Source: Azolla caroliniana (lineage: Eukaryota > Plantae > Polypodiophyta). Taken from it: DNA of 64,000 nt. The notes beneath the pieces are model-generated. The model made no database searches and was not told the DNA's origin. It saw only the letters and a program-made list of their open reading frames with translations. The translations under genes and the position numbers were made by a program. The stretch is from NCBI GenBank assembly GCA_043228905.1, contig JBHGNT010000001.1, positions 13,144,001 to 13,208,000 of the forward strand, read 5' to 3'. Position 1 is the stretch's first letter. Every line of letters starts with the position of its first letter. Shown one piece after another: positions 11,839 through 23,000 of the stretch.

Positions 11839-13018
11839 ATCCGGAACTGGGAAGAGCGGAAAGGGGCCAACCTTAGTGATGAAGCACAAGGCCAACTCAA
11901 TGAAGAAGACCACTTCTAGACCGGAGGAAGTGTGGTACGTTGATTCCGGAGCATCTAACCATATGATGAGCCATGAAGAGTTGTTTTCGTTTTTAGAGAA
12001 ACCGCAACAACCAGGGATTGTCGAAACCGGAGATGATACCCCTCACCCAATTGTTCATGTCGGAGAAGTCCATTTAAGCCATGTCGGACAAAAGGGAAAG
12101 CTGATGAACATATTACACGTTCCAACTATCACAAAGAACCTAGTATCGGTCGGACAAATCGTCGACCAGGGAATGCAAGTGTGGTTTACGCACCTTGGGT
12201 ACTTCATCGAGGAAGAAGGGTGGATAATTGTGCAAGGGCGCAGAGAAGAGAGGATGTTCATCCTCAACACTAATGACGTCGGCACTGTCATGTTTGCCAA
12301 AGGACAGAAAATTGATTCAGACATTGATCTCTAGCACAAGCAGATTAGCCACGTCAATTACCGGAGGCTTCAGGACCTGCAATTGAAACAAGTTGTGTAC
12401 GGATTGCCAAAGTTTAGTGGCCAGAAGGCCCAAATATGTGAAGCCTGCCAACTCGGGAAGCAACACCGGCTTCCATTCCCCATCGAACGAAATCAGAGCC
12501 GTAACAAGCTCGATTTAATCCATTCGGACGTATGGGGATCAACACAAAATGCCAGTCTTGGCGGGAGTCGGTATTTTTTCTCCTTCATCGACGACTACAG
12601 CCGACACACGTGGATCTACCTCATCGAGAAGAAGAGTGAAGTCTTCGATTGTTTCCGGAACCTTCAAAGCTTAGTTGAACGGGAAATGGAGAGGAGGATC
12701 AAGTGCGTGCGGTCGAATGGCGGAAAAGAATACTTTTTTGGCCAATTCATCAGTTATCTGCGGCAAAAGGGAATTTAGAGAGAATTGAGTTGCAAATATG
12801 CATTGGAGCAAAATGGTGTGGCCGAAAGGAAGAACCAGTCGATTGTTGATGTGGCAAGGGCAATGCTAGAGGAGAAGAGCATGCCCCAATTCTATTGGGC
12901 TGAGGCGGTCCGGATGACCGTCTACATCCAAAACCGGTTCGGAGACAAGGTGTTTGCACACGAGCTGTATTTCCGGCGCAAGACGAATTTGAGGCACCTT
13001 CACATATTCAACAGCTTA

Positions 13019-13274
13019 GCATATGTGCATGTACTGGATGAGAAGTGGAAGAAGCTAGATCCGAAGTCGGAGAAGTGCATCCTAGTCGGCTACTCGCATG
13101 AGCAAAAGGGGTATACGTGCTATGTTGAGATAAAAGCTCAACATTGGCATATGTGCATGTACTGGATGAGAAGTGGAAGAAGCTAGATCCGAAGTCGGAG
13201 AAGTGCATCCTAGTCGGCTACTCGCATGAGCAAAAGGGGTATACGTGCTATGTTGAGATAAAAGCTCAACATTG
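13019..13274 (+). repeat. 128-bp direct tandem duplication spanning the C/D insertion junction
   Basis: 13019-13146 matches 13147-13274. Each unit includes the first 24 nt of the D LTR (LTR starts at 13123 and 13251). Confidence 0.92.
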
Positions 13275-13565
13275 GCCGGATCGGCTGTGCAAGCCGAGAA
13301 CCGGATTGGTTAGGACTGATCGGTTAGGCCGGACCGGTGCGTAAACCGGTGTGCAACGAGAAGCCATAGCGGTGCGTAAACCGTGAGGCTGTTGGAAAGA
13401 TATTTCGCATAGGAATATATTTTGGGAGTTAGTGAAGAGCTCATTTATGAGCATTGAAGTACATGTCAGTACTTCTGTTAGTCCATGTGGACTTGTATAC
13501 AAGTGCTCACTGAGCACACTCTATGTACAGACTGAGTATTATTTTTTGAATTGAGCCGTGTGTAT

Positions 13566-13599
<34 letters not shown>

Positions 13600-13688
13600 G
13601 CGTAGTGTGTGTGTGTCCAAGTTGTCCATTAAACCAGGGTTTTCCTACGTTCTGCTTTCTGTTGCTTCCGGACGTTGTTCTTTTTACA

Positions 13689-13700
13689 TGGTATCAGAGC
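13689..13700 (+). other. Primer-binding site (tRNA-iMet) of D
   Basis: TGGTATCAGAGC lies immediately after the 5' LTR. Confidence 0.92.
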
Positions 13701-14455
13701 ATGAGGGTTGAGAACCTCTGCAAAAGACTTAAGCTCGAGAAGAAAACCTAACCGTCGAAAAGAACAGAATGGATAGAGGCATGTCTAGCTCGCTTCCGAC
13801 AGAGAAGCTCGACAGAAACAAATACGCATCTTGGTCGTACAAGATGCACCAGTACCTGCTCGGGCATGGATACTGGAGCTATGTCGACGGAGCAAATGAC
13901 ACAGCGCCCGATTCGACACACAAAGACTTCTCGGCTTGGGAATAGTTGGCGAACAGAGTTCTCTACTGCTTCGTGTCTTGTGTGGGCGAACAACTTTTGA
14001 GCTAAATTCGGGATGCGAAAACGCCGAAGGATGCTTGGGTAAATCTGAAAAAGATTTTCGCTACAGTCACCACAACCAGAAAGCTCCAACTCCAACAAGA
14101 GTTGAGCAACTTGCGACAACGCGATTTGTTGGTGCCTGATTACACCTCGAAGATCAAAGATATATGCGACTCTTTAGCCTCCATCGATGTGAACGTCGAG
14201 GAAAGCGAAATGGTGCAGATCTGTGTCGGGGGACTGACATCGAAGTTCGGAGCGTTCCGAACTGCTGTGTGCACACTGGAGAATACGTCGTCGTTTTTCG
14301 ACCTACAATTGATGCTCCTTATAGAGGAGAACCACGCGGGTGCGTCGATGAGTACGCACGCCGATAGCAAGTTGTTGTACATGGAGGAAGATAGGCTCCG
14401 TGGTCATGGTGGACGAGGCGGATCAGCGAGCAATGCAGGAGGTCGACCAGAGCAG

Positions 14456-14868
14456 TGTTGAGAGACAAGCTCAACATTGGCCGGATCGGCTGAAGAAGCC
14501 GAGGACCGGATCGGTTGGGACCGATCGGTTAGGCCGAGTACGTAAACCGGGAGGCCGTTAGGAAAGATATTCCGTGAGGAATATGTTTGGGAGTTAGTGT
14601 AGGAGCTCTTAATGAGCATTGAAGTACCGTCAGTACTTCGGTCAGTCCTTCGAGGACTTGTATAAAAGTGTTCATGGAGCACACATGTAGATACAGTGGT
14701 GAATAGAGATTGAGTATTTTTGTTGAATACAGTCTTGTGTTTTTCTCTCTCTCACTCACTCACTCTGTCTCTCCCGCGTATACTGCGTAAGCTCAAGCTC
14801 TCCATTAAACCTGAGTGTTCTTTCTTCTGTTCGGTCTTCATACTTGCTTCCGCACGCTACTTTCTACA
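14456..14868 (+). mobile_element. Solo LTR of the copia A subfamily inside the gag of D, TSD AGCAG
   Basis: TGTTGAG...TTCTACA, with AGCAG at 14451-14455 and 14869-14873. Confidence 0.93.
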
Positions 14869-17836
14869 AGCAGAACATGCGCATGATCGAAATGCTGACA
14901 ACAGTTCCGGACCCTTCACAAGCAGGGGGAGTCATGGCGGCGCCGGAAGCCGGCAAGAGAAGGAGAGCGTGTGCTGGAAGAAACAAGCCGATTCGGGCAA
15001 AGCTAGATCAAACGGAAGAGACACTGGAAGACGTTAGAAGTCGCATTATGCTGAGGACTCCGAACGAGCCGGAAATGGATCGGGCCCCGCATTTGTAATG
15101 AAGCATAAGGCCAATTTGATGGCCGTGAACACCTCGAAATCGAGCGAGGTGTGGTATGTTGATTCCGGAGCGTCAAATCATACGACGAGTCATGAGGAAT
15201 GGTTCACATACTTAGAAACCGGAATCGCAAGGAGTGGTCGAAACCGGAGACGACACTCCGCATACCATCGAACATGTCGGTGAAGTTCCCCTCAGCCACG
15301 TTGGGCAGAAAGGGAAGCTCATGAACGTGTTGCACGTCCCAACAATAACCAAGAACCTTGTGTCGGTCGGACAGATCGTTGACCAAAGTATGCAAGTTCG
15401 ATTCACGCATCTCGGGTGCTTCATCGAGGAGGAAGGCCAAGTTATTGCACAAGGGCACAGAGATGGGAGGATGTTTATCCTCGACACCAATGACGTTGGC
15501 ACCACAATGTTCGCAAAAGGACAAAAAGTCACGTCGGATATCGACTTGTGGCACAAGCGGATAGGCCACGTCAACTATCAAAGGCTTTAGGGCTTGCAAT
15601 CGAAACAAGTTGTGTTCGGATTGCCCAAATTCAGTGGCCGGAAGGCCCAAATTTGTGAAGCCTGCCAGTTAGGGAAGCAACACCGACTTCCTTTCCCCAA
15701 CGCGTAACCGGAGCCGGAACAAGCTCTACTTGATACATTCGGATGTATGGGGGCCGACACAGAACGTTAGTCTTGGCGGGAGTCGATATTTTGTCTCCTT
15801 CATCGACGACTACACGGAAACAGGGAGAAAGGGAAACAGGGAGAAAGATCAAGTGCCTACGGTCGGATGGCGGAAAAGAGTACTTTTCCAGCCAATTCAA
15901 GAGTTATCTGCAACAAATGGGAATTCGGCACGAATTCTGTTCCAGGTATACGCCGGAGCAAAATGGCGTAGCCGAAAGGAAAAATTGGTTGGTTGTGGAA
16001 GCGGCGTGGGCAATGTTGGAAGAAAAGAGCTTGCCCAAGTTCTATTGGGCCGAAGCGATACGAACCGCGGTCTACATCCAGAACGGATTAGAGACAAAGT
16101 GTTGGCGCATGAGCTGTATTTCGGAAGAAAGCCGAATCTACAACACTTGAGAGTTTTTGGTAGCATTGCGTATGTGCATGTGCCGAAGGAGAAACAGAGG
16201 AAGTTGGACGCGAAAGCTGAGAAGTGTATCTTGGTAGGCTATTCGCATGAACATAAGGGTTATAAGTGATGTAACCCCCAAACCAAACAAGCTCGCGTGA
16301 GCCGCGATGTTGTGTTTGACGAGTTCGCGCCCTGATACTTGCCTCCGACTCCGGACCTCAACTCCAACTCCGGATCTCTGTACCTGAGTTCTGACAATGA
16401 GGTCAACGAGGCTGAAATGCCTCCAGATGACCACGAAATCAAGACCCTCGATGAGAGTCCGATTTCATTTCGGCTAAGTGGACCGAACGAGCGACTGGGT
16501 TGGTTTGACCAGTTTGAAGAATAGCCGGCGAGTAGTGGAGACTCGGTCGTGCATTCCCCGCGCAGGAAGCCGAGGAGACGGTTTACACGCAAGGAAAAAG
16601 GGAAGAAGAAGATGTCGGTGTATGGCACGGATAAGGGCGAGTCGGATCGACGCAAATCCGACTTCGAGAAGAGTGATGACGGGCCTTCGAGAGCGAAGTC
16701 CGCATCAGCCAAGAAAACCTCAACATCAGCTAATGAGCAGTTACGCCGATCTACCCGCTAGAAGAACCCTGTTGTGCGGTTTGAATACAACGAGTACATG
16801 GTGCATCACTATGCGTAAATGACGCGTGTAGCGAAATTGCGTGAGCTAGAGAGCTACGCAGAAGCGGCGAAGGACGCAAATTGGCGTGCCGCAATGGAGG
16901 AAGAGATGTGTGCATTGGCGGAGAATGAAACCTGCGACCTAGTTGAAGCACCGAAGGGTGTGAAGCCGATCGGATGTAGGTGGGTGTACAAGGTCAAGTA
17001 CAACACTGAAGGCTCAGTCAACTGCTACAAGGCCCGGTTAGTAGCGAAAGGCTACGCGTAGATGCACGGCGTGGACTACGACGAGACCTTCGCGTCTGTC
17101 GCGAAGATGACTACCGTGCGTGTTCTGCTAGTCGTAGCAACGGCGAAGGGGTGACATTTACATCAGATGGATGTCAAGAATGTGTTCCTGCAAGGCGAGC
17201 TTGAGGAACAGGTGTACATGGTACAACCCCTGGATTTCACTCCTGAATGAACACCTCGGCGGTCTGCCGGTTGAAGAAGTCCCTTTACGAACTAAAGCAA
17301 GCCCCGCATGTGTCATGAGATGGCAAGACTCGAACCCATGACCTTATGGTATATGGGTCAAGCTCTTAACCATCACACCATCTATTGTAATTCATAGGAT
17401 ATTATTTTCATTTATGTTTTATTATAAGAAAGTAATGTATATTCTAGATTTCTCTGGAACATTCTAGATGTTTCAGGATTACTCCTGACAACACTATAAA
17501 AGAAGGCACTAGGCATTATGTCGAACCAAATTGGTTGAACGCCAGTCTTAAGCCTCTCAGTCGCTTTGTACTTATCTTTTCACATAATATATTAGTTGTT
17601 GTCATCATCTTTCTCTCTCTCTCATCCTCGCTATCTCTCTCTCTCTCTCTCTCCTCTTCTCACTTCCTCTCTCGGGAATCTTACGCAGTCCCGTCCTCTT
17701 AGTACTAATAGTACTGCTCTTCTTAGTACTAATTCCATCTCTGCTTTAGAACTATTCCTGACAGTTTGAACCAATTTTTCCTTTCCTCCAGCCTACTTGT
17801 CGTTCTCCCTCATCCTCCTACTCTTTTCCCTATACT

Positions 17837-18994
17837 ATGGCTACTGTTAGCGCCCAAGAATATCAATCCGTTTTCTCCGAGTTACAGTGCCTAAAAGAAA
17901 AGTTTGTTTCCCTGGAACAAGAAAACCAACGGTTGATAGGGGATCTACAACAAATCGCTCTCGAAAAACAACAAACGCAACAACAACATGGGGAGTTAGC
18001 ATTACGGGTACAACAACTCGAAGCAGCGTTGCAACAACAAGGATCAAGTCCCCAAGGATTTCATAAAGAGCCCAAGATTGGACTTCCTGTGAAATTTGAT
18101 GGAACGCGATCACAATTCCGGGGATTCCTTAATCAGGTACGCTTAGTCATCCAGATGCATCCTTCCCGATATCCCACTGATGCATCTCGAGTCGGCCTAA
18201 TAGGCACGTTACTTAGTGGCTCAGCCTTGGCATGGTTCGCTCCGCTTCTAGAAAAACAATCACCCTTGCTTAATAACTTTGAAGATTTTATTGGTGAGTT
18301 TAAAGCCTGCTTTGGAGATACCGACAGCATCAGGACGACGATCAACAAGATCCAAAGATTGCGTCAAGGCGATCGTCCAGCCTCTACCTACGCGGCGGAT
18401 TTCTGTCTACTCGCCTCAGATATTCCCTGGGATGATCAGGCCCTCATGGAGCAGTTTCGCTACGGCTTGCGCAATGATGTCAAAGATCTGCTTTTAACCT
18501 TCCCCGAAGAACCAAAGTCTCTTACGGAGGCAATTAGTCGAGCGGTCCGATGCGACAACCGCCTTTTTGAACAACATTCCGAGCGTCAGTTACAAATACC
18601 ACGCTCTCGGCCGGAACCCACATACGCCTCAGTCACGGCTAAACCGTTTGCACGCGATGTACCTCAAGCCAATATTCCGACACCGATGGAGATCGACACC
18701 ATGCATCGACGCGGCCCGTTATCGGAAGAAGAAAAGCAACGACGACGTGCCAATCGATTATGCCTTTATTGCGGTGGACCAGGGCATATCGCCATTAATT
18801 GTCCCCATAAGCCAAGAAGACAAGTAAATCAAATCGTCGCCTGTACTAAACCCGAGTCAATTCTTCCCTTCGGAGTGTCTGATAGTATTAATAATACTAA
18901 TAGAGTGTCAGATAGTATTCATAGTACTAATAGCCCAAGTATCTCAAACAAATTTGAAATCCTTAGTCAATTAGATGAAGAGTTAAACGATTGA
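17837..18994 (+). CDS. gag: Gag of element E (coiled coil, Ty3-type capsid, CCHC knuckle), intact ORF
   Basis: 385-aa ORF. Pol follows in the -1 frame around GAG TTA AAC GAT TGA. Confidence 0.85.
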   Translation: MATVSAQEYQSVFSELQCLKEKFVSLEQENQRLIGDLQQIALEKQQTQQQHGELALRVQQLEAALQQQGSSPQGFHKEPKIGLPVKFDGTRSQFRGFLNQVRLVIQMHPSRYPTDASRVGLIGTLLSGSALAWFAPLLEKQSPLLNNFEDFIGEFKACFGDTDSIRTTINKIQRLRQGDRPASTYAADFCLLASDIPWDDQALMEQFRYGLRNDVKDLLLTFPEEPKSLTEAISRAVRCDNRLFEQHSERQLQIPRSRPEPTYASVTAKPFARDVPQANIPTPMEIDTMHRRGPLSEEEKQRRRANRLCLYCGGPGHIAINCPHKPRRQVNQIVACTKPESILPFGVSDSINNTNRVSDSIHSTNSPSISNKFEILSQLDEELND

Positions 18995-20089
18995 GTCCAG
19001 CCAAAATAGGAGCCGTTTGGTTGGACAACAGCCCTAGATCTGTACATCCCATTAGTGGTTCCATTCCTTCCAAGCAAGTTAGCAATGTGTTCCTAGCCCA
19101 AGTCATTGTTAGTACTAAAAGTACTCCCCCAGTACCCGTCCTAGCACTCTTAGATTCCAGAGCTAATTCCTGTTTCATGGATCGAAATTTTGCCTAAGCT
19201 TCTCAGATAGCCCTAAGAAAACTTCCTTGTCCCGCATTTGTAGTAGTCATTGATGGTCGTCCCATTGCTTCCGGGAATATTGTAGAAGAATCAGAACCCA
19301 TTCAAGTTGTCCTAGGTAGTTTTGTGTGTGTAATATCATTTAATATAATTAGTAGTCCAGAGCATCCCATTGTCCTAGGATTACCTTGGTTTGAATTACA
19401 TAATCCAACCATAGATTGGAGAACAAGAGAAGTCTGATATCGACCACCCCAAGAATCTACTCACCGAGTTTCGACCATTTCACTCCATCAATTACGCGAA
19501 GAAGGACACAAGGAGGCAATGTTCCTATTTGCAATATCAGTACATCCTTCCAACACTATTCAGAAGGACTCCTCAATACAACTTCCGGCAAAATATCATC
19601 CTTATGCCGATGTATTTGACAAGGTAAAAGCCGGTACCCTTCCTCATCACCGTCCCTATGACTGTCCCATCGATTTACAACCAGGAACAGAGCCACCATG
19701 GGGACCAATTTACAACTTGTCACCCACCGAGTTAGAAGTCCTTCGAGCCTACATGGAGGAGAACTTGGCAAGCGGGTTCATCCGTCATTCGAAATCTCCG
19801 GCTAGTGCACCCATCTTCTTTGTCAAGAAGAAAGAGGGCTCACTTCGTCTCGTCGTTGATTACCGCGGATTGAATAAGGTCACCATCCGGAATAGGTATG
19901 CACTTCCTCTTATATCAAGTCTTTTAGAGCGAGTTAATGGTGCCAAGTTTTTTACCAAAATCGATCTACGAGGAGCGTATAACCTTGTGCGGATCCGACC
20001 GGGAGATGAATGGAAGACCGCCTTTCACACGCGGTATGGGCATTTCGAGTATACTGTTATGCCGTTCGGCCTAACCAATGCACCCGCAG

Positions 20090-23000
20090 TGTTACGGGCA
20101 TGACCATATAATATCCCGTGGTAAGAATTTACCGTAGTATTCTATACACGTGGATAAGTGTGAGGGTTAAACGAGAGTGTAAAGAAGGGGAGGATTACTT
20201 TTAATCCTCGGGATTGAGACAACCCATTAGGTCAAGTGTGAACTTGTCTGGGGGCCTTGGGTATCGCTATAAATAAGAGGCCTAGCTACCCTCATTTGAT
20301 CATCTTTTGACTACATCGAGACTCTGCTCGTGTGGTGGGTCAACTCTTGTAGCGAGCGCGCTAGCACCAGGTACGACTCGATGCCACGGCGGTGGTATGG
20401 GACGCCGATCGAGGCTCGAGTCCATCTCGATCCCTTCGCTCGGGGGTGGTCGGGTGGATCGGCACCCTTCTTTCTCTTTCTCCTTTCTATCTTTCATTTC
20501 TTTATCCTTATCTGAAGCTTACTTTAGTACCTAGATCTATAATATTTGGTATCAGATTTTTGTACTAATGTTTCTTTGTTTTTCATTTGTCTTTTGATTG
20601 ATGCTGATCGATCGTTGTGCGGTTGGCCTTGATCCAGACAACGATCAACAAAGAACTTCGGTAACTCTTTCCATAATTTTTCTTTCTATTCTCTCTTCTC
20701 CCATCTAATCATGTGTTTAGTTTATATGTAATTTTTTTCATTAAATCAATGATGTTGTAGTGGTCTTTAATTGATTATCTAAAACGTTTACATATGTGCA
20801 CGAGGTCAATACCTCGTTTGACATATTAATAATATGTGATGAGTGTTGTATGCGTACGAGGTTAATACCTCAATTACGTATTACGTTCACGAACATATGT
20901 TACGTTTGCGTATGAGTTGTTGATTTGTTGTAAACGATATGCGGTTGGTCTCGTATGCGTAAGAGATCAATACCTCAATTGCGTATTACGATGATCTCTT
21001 ATTTGTGGATGTTTCGTGTGCGTAGAGGTATATACCTCGATTACGTATCTCGATCACATCATTTGTGGCTATTTAATATAACGATATGTTTAATATAGGC
21101 ATATGTGGTCACATATATACGTATTTGATCGTATATATGTGAAAAGTAAACATATGTGTATATTCGTTATTACGTGATTATGTCGAAAGTTGTCATGGTC
21201 GGGAAAAGGATGTTGGTGGCCGTCCTCACATTTTTGTGAGAATGGCGTTATCACCATCCCTTTTTCAACAATTTTTTATTGTTGATAACCCCGTTGATGA
21301 CCTCGATTTCGTTACGTAAAGAAACGCCAATAGCCATAATGATGTTGAGTACGTAGGGCTTGACCCACTTCAAGTGAGGTCGCTCCAATGACGCACGTAT
21401 CCAACATCCCTCCCTCGTTACATGGATACGATGCCACCATGAGCTCGTTCTTACGAGAGGCATTCGTAATGACGTGACCATGTGATGGCCCACGTGAGCC
21501 TACTACGAAACAAGGGCTCATTTGGCTTCACCATTAGGTTGCACTTTGGCGTATGCCATCATAATTACGAGACTTGAGGATAGGTAACGTACCAACATAG
21601 TTTTGGTAAATGAGGGCGAAATAAGGACCCTTGACATATATGTTCTTTGAAAAAAACATATATGATCTCGCATATCTCTTATACGCATCAAACATTAAGC
21701 ATTCGAGAAGAGCAACTTACTTGGTTGGCTCAAGTGTTTAATGTATTTGTTCTCGAGGTCTCGAGTTCAAATATGACCAAGACCATACAACATCCTTGAC
21801 ACATATGACTATAACACATGTTTAGACTTAAGGTCTAAGTGCACCTCGGGGTCCTCGTAATAGGACTTAAAGAGCCGAAACCACATATGTGGGCACCGAA
21901 ACATAGTTTATTATTAACATTTTTTTCGTGTATAAACAATTCATGACGCGAACATACATGGTTGAGCCTCGGGGAGCCACCATAAAAAAATTGATATAGA
22001 GATCAGGGAAAGACATTTATTTGTCACCCCCATGGTTTTTAAAACACCTTTGTGTTACCATAGTAACCTGATCTTGAACCTCATCTCATACGTCTAGAGG
22101 GGTATTGACGTGAGATAATGATATCGATTAATGCTCGCCCATGATATGTTTACATCACGACATGATGTTATGACTATATCTCTGACCTTATCCTATTTCT
22201 TTCCCAGAAATAATCTTTAATGGCTCAAATTAACGACCCCATGTCATCCGCTCAAGCGGAAGGAACTCAAGGGAATCCTCCTGGACAAATGTCCACTGAG
22301 ATGTATTTGGCACAAATAACCCAATACCTTAGTTTCACCGCTCAACAGATGACCGAACTTCGGCAATCTCAGAGTGCTCTCAAGGCACGTGTCATTAGTC
22401 TACAACGTGAGACTAATAGACCTGATGAGCGACAAGGTGAACCATCATTTGTCGTTAAGCCATTTACGGGAGACAAAAAGGAAAGAACCGAAGAAGCAAT
22501 CTGCACATGGCTGGGACGATGGGAGTCTCATTTTGAGCTCTATCCCACACCAGATAGTACGAAGATTGCATATGTCGGCCGAGAACTCGGGGGTAAGGCC
22601 GCCGCCTGATGGCGTGGGCTCCGTACTATAGGGAAATTGCCCGATACCTGGACAGATTTTGTCACGGTTTTTAAGGGCCAATTTCTGCAACCTCCCTCTC
22701 GAACCGAGGCAGCACAAGCTTTAATGAACCTCTCTAGCAGGAAATTTTTCTCGCTAGAAGACTATGTTCACCATGCTAGAACCCAAATCCAAAAATCGGG
22801 TCTAGAAGGGGACAATTGGTTGATAGCTTGTTTTGTCAATGGCATCCCCAATTCGGACTATCACTGGATAGTGCACGATAAGGATCCAAAATCCTTCGAA
22901 GAGGCCGTTGAAATAGTTCTTCGCTATCAACGCACTTCGAAGAAGGACCATAACAAACCCAACGAAGCGCCCGGGACTAAGCAGTCGCAATTTGTTGGGA

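Noticed and set aside
17311-17385. Functional tRNA gene
   Set aside because: Acceptor and anticodon stems do not pair in register. Kept only as a tRNA-like promoter module.
17837-18994. Domesticated PEG10/RTL1-like host gene
   Set aside because: It lies between paired LTRs with a TSD and a decayed pol, so it is ordinary element gag.
20792-21055. CRISPR-like repeat-spacer array
   Set aside because: Cores are only 14 nt, spacing is irregular (56/105/62), there are no cas genes, and the context is a eukaryotic retroelement leader.
21726-21772. Sense-strand A/B-box-like motif in the F leader
   Set aside because: Spacing is too short and the A-like part is better explained as one arm of a hairpin.
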